NCBI GenBank assembly: GCA_963422395.1
Contig: OY729431.1
Coordinates: 2,624,151 to 2,688,150 of the forward strand
Direction: 5' to 3'
Origin: Vicinamibacteria bacterium
Lineage (GTDB): Bacteria; Acidobacteriota; Vicinamibacteria; Marinacidobacterales; Marinacidobacteraceae
DNA: 64,000 nucleotides
A model generated the notes under the pieces. The model saw only the letters and a program-made list of their open reading frames with translations, ran no database searches and was not told the DNA's origin. Shown in pieces: positions 55,814 through 64,000 of the stretch; the first letter of the stretch is position 1; each line of letters opens with the position of its first letter. A program made the position numbers and the translations under genes.

Positions 55814-57886
55814 TCAGGCGCTCGCCATGACTTCGGCCATGACGCCTTCCGGCGCTTCCTCGTAGGAAGCGAAATGCATGGTGTATGTGGCCCTTCCCTG
55901 GGTTGCCGATCGAATATCGGTTGCGTAGCCGAACATGCCGGCCAGAGGAACGAACGCATCCACGACCTGCGCATTTCCCCGCATCGCCAAGCCGCTGATC
56001 CGGGCGCGGCGCGCATTCAGATCGCCCATCACCTCGCCGGTGTATCCCTCGGGAGTGACGACCTCCACTTTCATCACGGGCTCGAGGATGACGGGAGAAC
56101 ATCGACGCAGCGCGTCCTTGACCGCCATGGATCCGGCGATCCGAAAGGCGATCTCGGAACTATCCACGGTATGGAACGAGCCGTCGTAGAGACGCACCAC
56201 GACACCGGTGACCGGATATCCGGCCAAGGGGCCGGCGGTGAGCGCTTCGCGGGCTCCTTGCTCGACCGCCGGGATGAACTCGCGGGGGATCGCGCCTCCG
56301 ACGATGCCATTGACGAATTCGAAAGGTTCATCAGCGCTCGGCATCACCTCGACCCGGACATGAGCGTACTGGCCGCGCCCTCCCGTCTGTCGGATATAAC
56401 GCCCCTCGGCGGTCGTACTTTCGCGGATCGTCTCTCGATAGGCCACCCGCGGCCGGCCGACGACGGCGCCCACCTGGAACTCGCGGAGCAGTCGGTCCAC
56501 GATGATTTCGAGGTGCAATTCACCCATTCCGCTGATGATCGTCTGGGCAGTCTCTGTATCACTCACGACTCGGAATGTCGGATCTTCGTGAGTGATCTTG
56601 CCGAGTGCGACGCCGAGTTTCTCCTGGTCCGCCTTGGTAGCCGGCTCGATGACCCGGGAGATCACCGGCTCCGGAAACTCCATCGCCTCGAGCACGACCG
56701 GGGCTGCAGTGGCGCAAATGGTCTCGCCGGTTCGGGCGTTCCTCAAACCGACCGCAGCGGCGATATCGCCGGCGTACACCTCTCTGATCTCCTCACGCTT
56801 GTTCGCGTGGACCTTCACGATACGCCCGATCCTCGAACGAACGGAACGGGTGGAATTGAGCACGGTGTCGCCGATCTTCAATGCCCCGGAATACACACGG
56901 AAAAAAGACAGTTGTCCGACGAACGGATCGGCCACCACCTTGAAAACCAGAGCCGCGAAAGGAGCATCGTCCCGAGCTTCCCGGACGACATCACTGCCGT
57001 CTGCAAGCGAGGAAACCCCGGTTACGGCTGGCACATCCGTCGGGGCTGGCAAATAGGACACCACCGCGTCCAGGAGTGGCTGCACTCCCTTGTTCCGGAA
57101 CGCGGAACCGCACACGACGGGAACCAACTGTAGGTCGAGCGTCGAACGCCGCAGGGCATCCTCGCACTCGGCCGGCGTCAGGTCGCCGTTCCGATCCCAC
57201 GCTTCGAGCGCGTCCAGATCGCGTTCGCAGATCCGCTCGAGCATCGCCTCCCGGGCCCGACCGACCTCCTCTTCGCGTTTCGGCGAAATCTCCGTTTCCT
57301 CGAAATCGGCGCCCAGAGCGTCGCCCAGATACCGGATCTCCTTCATCCGGACGAGATCCACAACGCCTTCGAACCCCTCTTCGGCTCCGATGGGGTGCTG
57401 GATCGCCACCGTTCGTGCGCCGAGGCGTTCCTCGATGCTCTTCACGACCCGATCGAAATCAGCGCCGGTACGATCCATCTTGTTCACGAAGGCAATTCTT
57501 GGGATTCGATACTTGTCGGCCTGCCGCCAAACGGTTTCCGACTGTGGTTCCACCCCGCCGACCGCGCAGAACACTGCGACTGCTCCATCGAGAACTCGCA
57601 GCGACCGCTCCACCTCGACGGTGAAGTCCACATGGCCCGGGGTATCTATGATGTTGACGCGATGGTCTTTCCAGGAGCAGGTAGTCGCAGCCGAAGTGAT
57701 GGTGATCCCCCGTTCCTGCTCCTGCTCCATCCAATCCATCGTCGCCGTGCCTTCGTGTACTTCTCCGATTTTGTAGGTGATACCAGTGTAATAGAGGATT
57801 CGTTCGGTGGTAGTCGTCTTCCCAGCGTCGATGTGGGCCATGATCCCGATATTTCGGGTGTCGGAGAGAGCGACTCTTCGGGGCAT
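55814..57886 (-). CDS. fusA: Elongation factor G (canonical, str operon)
   Basis: ATG 57886. [35 protein letters not shown]..., [13 protein letters not shown]. 690 aa. Confidence 0.96.
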   Translation of the reverse strand: MPRRVALSDTRNIGIMAHIDAGKTTTTERILYYTGITYKIGEVHEGTATMDWMEQEQERGITITSAATTCSWKDHRVNIIDTPGHVDFTVEVERSLRVLDGAVAVFCAVGGVEPQSETVWRQADKYRIPRIAFVNKMDRTGADFDRVVKSIEERLGARTVAIQHPIGAEEGFEGVVDLVRMKEIRYLGDALGADFEETEISPKREEEVGRAREAMLERICERDLDALEAWDRNGDLTPAECEDALRRSTLDLQLVPVVCGSAFRNKGVQPLLDAVVSYLPAPTDVPAVTGVSSLADGSDVVREARDDAPFAALVFKVVADPFVGQLSFFRVYSGALKIGDTVLNSTRSVRSRIGRIVKVHANKREEIREVYAGDIAAAVGLRNARTGETICATAAPVVLEAMEFPEPVISRVIEPATKADQEKLGVALGKITHEDPTFRVVSDTETAQTIISGMGELHLEIIVDRLLREFQVGAVVGRPRVAYRETIRESTTAEGRYIRQTGGRGQYAHVRVEVMPSADEPFEFVNGIVGGAIPREFIPAVEQGAREALTAGPLAGYPVTGVVVRLYDGSFHTVDSSEIAFRIAGSMAVKDALRRCSPVILEPVMKVEVVTPEGYTGEVMGDLNARRARISGLAMRGNAQVVDAFVPLAGMFGYATDIRSATQGRATYTMHFASYEEAPEGVMAEVMASA

Positions 57887-58098
57887 CGGAATCGTTGGGC
57901 GAAAGACAGTGATCGTGAATTCCTGGGGAATCGTTTCGGCGAATCGGAATACTCGGTTGGGAACGCTCAGACAGTGAAGCGGCGGCGAACGAAGGATTCG
58001 ATCCCTGCCGAGCTGCCTGCTGGCGATGCGCACGGTTCTCCTGAATCGCAGTCACCCCCTGAAAATCGGGTTCTGATCGATCGCGTTCCTCCAGCGGT

Positions 58099-58569
58099 TT
58101 ACCAACGATGGTGGGCGAACGCCTTGTTCGCTTCCGCCATCTTGTGGGTGTCTTCCCGTTTTTTGATCGCTCCGCCTCGGTTATGCGATGCATCCAGAAT
58201 CTCTCCGGCGAGTCTCTCCACCATCGTCTTCTCGGGGCGCTTCCTGGCGTACCCCACAATCCAGCGTAACGACAACGAAGTCCGTCGCTCGGGACGAACC
58301 TCGTAGGGGACCTGCACATTCGATCCGCCCTTGCGACGGCTCTTCACTTCAAGAGTCGGTTTGACATTCTGGACGGCCTCTCGGAAAGTGGTCAGCGGTT
58401 CTCCCTCGATTTTTTCCTGAACCCGTTCGAACGCCCGATACACGATCGCCTCGGCAGTGGACTTCTTGCCGTCGAGCATCACTTTATTGATGAAAGAAGA
58501 CACGAGAACACTCTGGTAGCGAGGGTCCGGTGCGATCTGCCGCTTCGGTACTTCGCGTCGGCGAGACAT
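58099..58569 (-). CDS. rpsG: 30S ribosomal protein S7
   Basis: ATG 58569. [40 protein letters not shown]... Confidence 0.96.
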   Translation of the reverse strand: MSRRREVPKRQIAPDPRYQSVLVSSFINKVMLDGKKSTAEAIVYRAFERVQEKIEGEPLTTFREAVQNVKPTLEVKSRRKGGSNVQVPYEVRPERRTSLSLRWIVGYARKRPEKTMVERLAGEILDASHNRGGAIKKREDTHKMAEANKAFAHHRW

Positions 58570-58627
58570 GCTTTGGTTCTCCGATTCTCGCCGTTCGATC
58601 TCTGATCCGAAGCCTCGATCCGGCGGT

Positions 58628-59002
58628 TCAGTTCTTCGGCTGCTTGGCGCCGTATTTGGAGCGGGCGTTTTTGCGCCCATCCACGCCCACGGCATCGAGA
58701 GCACCGCGAATAACGTGATACCGAACGCCAGGGAGGTCCTTCACCCGCCCGCCGCGGATCAGCACGATCGAGTGTTCTTGCAGAGTGTGGCCGACTCCCG
58801 GGATATAGGTGGTGACCTCGATCCCATTGGTCAGTCGCACGCGGGCGACCTTGCGAAGGGCTGAATTCGGTTTCTTCGGGTTGATCGTGAATACCCGGAC
58901 GCACACCCCGCGCCGTTGCGGGCATCGCTGGAGCGCCGGGGAATCGGTCGAGGGGGTCACCCGTTTCCTTCCTCGGCGGACGAGCTGGTGAATCGTGGGC
59001 AT
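58628..59002 (-). CDS. rpsL: 30S ribosomal protein S12
   Basis: [15 protein letters not shown]...[19 protein letters not shown]... Confidence 0.97.
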   Translation of the reverse strand: MPTIHQLVRRGRKRVTPSTDSPALQRCPQRRGVCVRVFTINPKKPNSALRKVARVRLTNGIEVTTYIPGVGHTLQEHSIVLIRGGRVKDLPGVRYHVIRGALDAVGVDGRKNARSKYGAKQPKN

Positions 59003-59024
59003 GGAAAGTCTTGATCCGAAGGCG

Positions 59025-59046
59025 GAAAATCCTCACGGATGAGGAT
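59025..59046 (-). promoter_or_regulatory. Hairpin + U-tract in the rpsL leader (attenuator/terminator-like)
   Basis: Minus strand reads ATCCTCA-TCCG-TGAGGAT followed by TTTTCC. It ends about 23 nt upstream of the rpsL ATG. Confidence 0.3.
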
Positions 59047-59174
59047 GGAAGCGAGCACCCACCGCCCACCTCTCTGGGGCTCAGGATACCGATCAGCGGC
59101 ATCTGTTCCGCAAGAAGACGACGGCGCTCATGACCCCGAAACGGAGCCTAGGTAAGGCGCAGAGCGAACCGTCA

Positions 59175-59204
59175 ACTATACATCCAGAGCCCTGCTCGAG
59201 TCAA
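59175..59204 (-). promoter_or_regulatory. Candidate sigma70-type promoter of the str operon
   Basis: Minus strand: TTGACT (59204-59199), 18-nt spacer, TATAGT (59180-59175). Lies about 170 nt upstream of the rpsL ATG in an otherwise GC-rich spacer. Confidence 0.45.
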
Positions 59205-59563
59205 ACGCGGGAACCGCCCCCTCCTGGATGAAGCTGTTGGGGAGCGGGGGGCGGGGTGGAAAAGCCAGTCGGCACAACGACGGAGCCTTGTCCGCCAGCC
59301 CCGGGAAGCGGGACTTCCCCCGTCGGCCAGCCGGATGGATGGCCCAAGAGGGGCAGCATCGCCGGTCGCTCCATGCGGGGCCAGCCTGGCCCCGCGAACA
59401 CGCTGGAGGGTGAGATCGGTCCCGGCCGGATCTTCCCGATCGGGAGCCGCTCGCTACTCGGCACCGCTGTGCGATTTCGGAAACAGACTGCCGGCAACCC
59501 GCCCAAGCCAGAGCCGGCACCCGGGCCGCCATCGGCGGCGAGGCAGGGCGACTCCGGACCCGG

Positions 59564-62500
59564 TTACTGCAGGTCTCGGGGGTAGTCCGAACCAGCCGTC
59601 CGTTCGTCGCCCACCGCCGCCCCCTCGGCCTCCCGATCATGCAGCATGGCCTGGCGCTGGGACTCGATCTCCTCCGGAAGCACGAAGCGTTGGTGCTCGC
59701 GAAGCCCCGTGCCGGCCGGGATCAACCGGCCCATGATCACATTCTCCTTGAGCCCGCGAAGGTAATCCACCTTGCCCTGCAGCGAAGCCTCGGTCAGGAC
59801 CTTGGTGGTCTCCTGGAACGACGCGGCAGAGATGAAGCTGTCGGTCGCCAGCGACGCCTTGGTCAGACCGAGCAGCATGGGCTCGGCTTGGGCGGGCTGC
59901 CCACCTTCCTGCTGTGCCTTGCGGTTCGACTGGGCGAACTCGTGACGGTCCACCGTCGAGTCCGCGATGAGTTCGGTGTCGCCGACATCGGTGACTCGAA
60001 CCCAGCGCATCATCCGACTGATGATGACCTCGATGTGCTTGTCGTCGATCACCACCCCCTGAAGCCGATAGACCTCCTGGATCTCGTGGACCAGATACCG
60101 CTGCAATTCCCCCTCGCCGAGGACGCGGAGGATGTCGTGAGGATTCCGGGGGCCGTCCATGAGCGGATCGCCAGCCCGCACTTCCTCGTTTTCCCGCACA
60201 CTGATGTGCACTCCCCGCGGCACCTCGTACTCCCGCACATCATCGCTGACCTGAGAGCGCACGCTGACGACTCGCTTCCCCTTTCGCACTTCGCCGTAAC
60301 GGAGCCGGCCATCGATCTCGCTGATCAACGCCGGTGCCTTCGGCGGACGGGCCTCGAAGAGTTCCACCACCCGCGGCAGGCCGCCGGTGATGTCCTTGGT
60401 CTTGGTCGTCTCCCGGGGAATCTTCGCGAGGACATCCCCCGGGCGGACCTGGGCTCGCTCCTCGACTTCGAGATGCGCCCGTGAAGGCATCAGATAGGTC
60501 CGCAGTTCCTGCCCCTCGGAATCCCGGATCTCGATACGAGGCTCGAATCGGTCGTCCTGGGATTCGATGATGACCGGCTGTGAACGGAAAGTCACATCGT
60601 CCACTTCCTCGATCATCGTTACATCGCCGATGATGTCGTGGAAGACGACGGCTCCGCCTTCCTCGGAAAGAATCGAGAAGCTGTAGGGATCCCACTCGAC
60701 GAGCACATCGCCGGCGCTCACCGGGGAACCCGGTTTCGTTTTGATCCGGGCGCCGTACACCACCGGGTGGCTCTCCTTCGCCCGGCCGTCGCTGTCGGTC
60801 ACCTCCACGGAACCCGCGCGATTGATGACGACGAGATTGCCGTGGCGGTCGGTGACCGTCCGCAGATTCTCGGAAAACCGCACCGTCCCTTCGTGGCGGA
60901 CATCGATCGCCGAATTCTCGAATACGCTGGCAGTGCCGCCGATGTGGAAGGTCCTCATGGTCAGCTGGGTGCCTGGCTCCCCGATGGACTGTGCCGCGAT
61001 GATGCCGACCGCTTCGCCGAGGTCCGCGAGTTTCCCGGTCGCGAGATTGCGCCCGTAGCACATGGCACAGACGCCGCGCCGGGCGTCGCAGGTGAGGACC
61101 GACCGGATCTTGACCCGGGGAACACCCGAGCCCTCGATCGCAATCGCGATCTGCTCACTGATCTCCTCCCCGGCATCCACGATTCGATCGCCCCGAAAGT
61201 CCCTCACTTCCTCGAGACTGACTCGACCGACGATCCGTTCCCGAAGCGGCTCGATCACCTCTCCCGCCTCGATGATCGGCTCCGCGTAGATTCCTCGAAG
61301 CGTCCCGCAATCGCGCGAAGTCACGATGACATCCTGGGCCACATCGGCGAGTCTCCGGGTGAGATAACCGGCGTCCGCCGTCCGGAGCGCGGTATCCGCC
61401 AGCCCCTTCCTCGCTCCGTTCGTGGAGATGAAGTACTGGATCACGCTCAGGCCTTCGCGGAAGTTGCTGGTGATCGGAGTCTCGATGATGGCACCCGAGG
61501 TCTTGGCCATCAGTCCGCGCATCCCCGCGAGCTGCCGAATCTGTTTTTCACTGCCGCGCGCACCGGAGTCCACCATCATGAACACCGGGCTGAACCGGCC
61601 AGTCTCCTTCTCCCGCTCTTGCATCGTTCGGAGCATGTCATCGGCTACCTTGTTCGTCGCATTCGACCAGACATCGATGACCTTGTTGTATCGCTCGCCG
61701 TGGGTGATCGCACCCTCCTGGTACTGTGCGTCCACTCTGGCCACTTCGGCCTTCGCCTGCCCGACGAGACTTTCTTTGTTCGGAGGAACCACCAGATCTC
61801 CGAGGGCGGATATCGAGGTGCCGCTGCGGGTGGCGTACTCGAAGCCCAGATCCTTGAGCGCATCCAGAACGCTCGCGGTCTCTTCGAGTCCATGCCGCAA
61901 ATACACCAGCCGCACCAGACTCTGGATTCCTTTCTTCTTCAGCACGCCGTTCACGAACGGCATCCCTGCCGGCAGATGATCGTTGAAGATCACTCGTCCG
62001 ACCGTGGTGTCGATTCGTCCGCGGTCCACCCGGGCCGTCTCGATACGGAGCAGATCCTGACTGTCGTGTGTATCGAGAATCTCGCCGCGGTACTGCAGCT
62101 GGATCGGCGTCAGCGTGGACACTTCTCCGCTGTCCCGAGCGAGCAGTACTTCCTCGGCCGAGCCGAACGCCTTCCGGACCTTCGGTGGGGAGACCTGCGG
62201 CTTCGTCAAATAGTAGATGCCGAGAACCATGTCCTGAGTCGGAACCGCGATAGGCCCGCCGTGCGCAGGCGAAAGGAGGTTCCGCGACGAGCGCATCAGC
62301 AGCGCCGCCTCGACCTGGGCCTCGGGGCTGAGGGGCACATGAACTGCCATCTGATCGCCGTCGAAATCCGCATTGAACGCGCTGCACACCAACGGATGGA
62401 TGCGGATCGCCTTCCCTTCCACGAGGACCGGTTCGAAAGCCTGGATCCCGAGCCGGTGAAGCGTAGGCGCACGGTTCAGCAGCACCGAGTGTTCACTGAT

Positions 62501-63937
62501 CACTTCCTCGAGATAGTCCCAGATCTCCGGTCGTTGCTCCTCGACTAGCTCGCGCGCCTGTTTGATGGTCGCGGCGAGGCCTTCTTGTTCGAGTCGGTTG
62601 AAGAGAAAAGGCTTGAACAGCTCGAGCGCCATCTTCTTGGGAAGACCGCACTGGTGGACTTTCAGTTCCGGGCCCACCACGATCACCGATCGTCCGGAAT
62701 AGTCCACGCGCTTGCCCAACAGGTTCTGACGGAACCTGCCCTGCTTGCCCTTCAGAGTGTCGGAGAGTGACTTCAGCGGTCGATTGTTCGTCCCCTTCAG
62801 CACTCGCCCCCGCCGACCGTTGTCGAAGAGAGCATCTACTGCCTCCTGCAGCATTCGCTGCTCGTTTCTGACGATCACATCCGGCGCTCGAAGTTCGAGC
62901 AATCGTCGTAGCCGATTATTGCGGTTGATCACCTTTCGATACAGCTCGTTCAGATCACTCGTGGCGAAACGGCCGCCATCAAGAGGCACCAGCGGACGCA
63001 AATCCGGAGGAATCACTGGAATGACATCCATGACCATCCATTCCGGAAGATTTCCCGACTTGCGGAATGCGTCTATGACCTTGAGACGCTTCGCCGCTTT
63101 CGCACGCTTCTGGATCGAACGCTCGTTTCGCATAGCGAAACGCTGCTCCACAGCCAGCTTCTCCAGGTCCGCTTTCTGCAGCAATTCCTTCGCGGCGCTG
63201 GCACCCATGTCAGCCTTGTACATCTTGCCGTTCCGTTTCATCTTCTCACGGAATTCGTTGTCGGTGCGACCGAACAGCCGTTTCAACAAGCGGTCTTGGT
63301 CTTCGGTAACCACCTGTCCCTTGCGCAATGTGCCCAAACGGACCGTTCCGATGGACCATCCATCGTCGCCTTCTTCGGCAGTAAAAGCGAAGAGCTGCTG
63401 CAAGAGCTCCTTGTCGTCAGTAGTGATGCGCACATTTCGTTCGCGCAACAGTGCAATGTCCACATCGCCTGGATCCAGCACTATGTAGGACTCGTAGTAG
63501 AGCACCCGCTCCAGCTCTCGCGGCGTGAGATCGAGTACCTGGCCGATCCGACTCGGCGGCACCTTGAAGAACCAGACATGGGACACCGGGCAGGCGAGAT
63601 CTATGTGTCCCAGCCGACTGCGTCGAACCGACGCCTGGGTCACTTCGACACCGCACTTGTCACAAACCACCCCGCGGTGTTTCATCCTCTTGTACTTGCC
63701 GCAAAGACACTCCCAATCATTGATGGGACCGAAGATCTGCGCGCAAAACAAACCGCCGCGCTCCGGCTTGAGTGTCCGGTAGTTGATCGTTTCCGCCTTG
63801 TTGACCTCTCCATGCGACCACGCTCTGATCTTTTCCGGAGAAGCGATCGATATCTTGATCGCATCGAAGTCGGAGCTGAAGGTTTCGCGCTCTTCGAGAT
63901 CCGGAAAAACACCGGCGGTGTCTCTGGTGATCTGCAT
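59564..63937 (-). CDS. rpoC: DNA-directed RNA polymerase subunit beta'
   Basis: 1457 aa. Zinc motif [23 protein letters not shown], catalytic NADFDGDQM, trigger-loop and bridge-helix regions recognisable. Confidence 0.97.
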   Translation of the reverse strand: MQITRDTAGVFPDLEERETFSSDFDAIKISIASPEKIRAWSHGEVNKAETINYRTLKPERGGLFCAQIFGPINDWECLCGKYKRMKHRGVVCDKCGVEVTQASVRRSRLGHIDLACPVSHVWFFKVPPSRIGQVLDLTPRELERVLYYESYIVLDPGDVDIALLRERNVRITTDDKELLQQLFAFTAEEGDDGWSIGTVRLGTLRKGQVVTEDQDRLLKRLFGRTDNEFREKMKRNGKMYKADMGASAAKELLQKADLEKLAVEQRFAMRNERSIQKRAKAAKRLKVIDAFRKSGNLPEWMVMDVIPVIPPDLRPLVPLDGGRFATSDLNELYRKVINRNNRLRRLLELRAPDVIVRNEQRMLQEAVDALFDNGRRGRVLKGTNNRPLKSLSDTLKGKQGRFRQNLLGKRVDYSGRSVIVVGPELKVHQCGLPKKMALELFKPFLFNRLEQEGLAATIKQARELVEEQRPEIWDYLEEVISEHSVLLNRAPTLHRLGIQAFEPVLVEGKAIRIHPLVCSAFNADFDGDQMAVHVPLSPEAQVEAALLMRSSRNLLSPAHGGPIAVPTQDMVLGIYYLTKPQVSPPKVRKAFGSAEEVLLARDSGEVSTLTPIQLQYRGEILDTHDSQDLLRIETARVDRGRIDTTVGRVIFNDHLPAGMPFVNGVLKKKGIQSLVRLVYLRHGLEETASVLDALKDLGFEYATRSGTSISALGDLVVPPNKESLVGQAKAEVARVDAQYQEGAITHGERYNKVIDVWSNATNKVADDMLRTMQEREKETGRFSPVFMMVDSGARGSEKQIRQLAGMRGLMAKTSGAIIETPITSNFREGLSVIQYFISTNGARKGLADTALRTADAGYLTRRLADVAQDVIVTSRDCGTLRGIYAEPIIEAGEVIEPLRERIVGRVSLEEVRDFRGDRIVDAGEEISEQIAIAIEGSGVPRVKIRSVLTCDARRGVCAMCYGRNLATGKLADLGEAVGIIAAQSIGEPGTQLTMRTFHIGGTASVFENSAIDVRHEGTVRFSENLRTVTDRHGNLVVINRAGSVEVTDSDGRAKESHPVVYGARIKTKPGSPVSAGDVLVEWDPYSFSILSEEGGAVVFHDIIGDVTMIEEVDDVTFRSQPVIIESQDDRFEPRIEIRDSEGQELRTYLMPSRAHLEVEERAQVRPGDVLAKIPRETTKTKDITGGLPRVVELFEARPPKAPALISEIDGRLRYGEVRKGKRVVSVRSQVSDDVREYEVPRGVHISVRENEEVRAGDPLMDGPRNPHDILRVLGEGELQRYLVHEIQEVYRLQGVVIDDKHIEVIISRMMRWVRVTDVGDTELIADSTVDRHEFAQSNRKAQQEGGQPAQAEPMLLGLTKASLATDSFISAASFQETTKVLTEASLQGKVDYLRGLKENVIMGRLIPAGTGLREHQRFVLPEEIESQRQAMLHDREAEGAAVGDERTAGSDYPRDLQ

Positions 63938-63970
63938 TTTCTTGGTCTCCGTTGCCGAGTGTCCTGGGCT

Positions 63971-64000
63971 TCAGTTCTTCGCGCGGATGAGTTCGATGTC
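63971..64000 (-). CDS. rpoB: DNA-directed RNA polymerase subunit beta (3'-terminal 9 codons only, continues beyond right edge)
   Basis: The minus strand translates ...DIELIRAKN then stop (63971-63973), 33 nt upstream of the rpoC ATG. The position and an LG(L/I)xIEL-type ending fit rpoB. Confidence 0.65.
   Translation of the reverse strand, partial: DIELIRAKN

Noticed and set aside
59201-59506. 101-aa ORF in the rpoC-rpsL spacer (candidate small protein such as an L7Ae-like gene)
   Set aside because: The peptide is Pro/Gly-rich with no start context. It overlaps other equally poor ORFs on both strands.

Overview
Very GC-rich bacterial chromosomal segment. The gene content (GWxTD protein, CarboxypepD_reg-type outer-membrane proteins, multihaem cytochrome-TPR fusion) suggests an Acidobacteriota- or Gemmatimonadota-like organism, but that is inference only. 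The right part (40.3-64.0 kb, minus strand) is the conserved ribosomal super-operon: rpoB (3' end), rpoC, rpsL-rpsG-fusA, then the S10, spc and alpha operons through rplQ. Order is canonical, many starts and stops overlap by 4 nt, and there is no tuf gene between fusA and rpsJ. The left 40 kb mixes housekeeping and accessory genes. In order these are: a multihaem cytochrome-TPR protein, an NHL lipoprotein and three tRNAs (Ser-UGA, Gln-CUG, Ser-GCU). Then come a TonB-receptor-like OMP and a translationally coupled sensor kinase / sigma54 regulator / GWxTD-TPR operon with an upstream OMP-like gene. These are followed by eno, a GNAT, a secreted hydrolase, a TRAP transporter, and tRNA-Ala plus tRNA-Sec (selC). 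Next are an MrfA/MrfB-like helicase-exonuclease pair, a hypothetical-thiD-moaE-moaD operon, peptidases, an Smr protein, an orphan PilM/N/O(P)-like module and a second EF-G paralogue. The most unusual signal is a non-coding tandem duplication at 2816-3406, directly abutting the 3' end of tRNA-Ser(UGA). Its unit is about 294 nt. Each copy carries a 28-nt perfect palindrome and several hairpins, and one hairpin shows fully compensated base-pair changes between the two copies. I could not match it to any RNA or mobile-element family I know. No CRISPR array, rRNA, transposase or integrase was seen. All calls rest on manual translation and motif reading; no database search was run.
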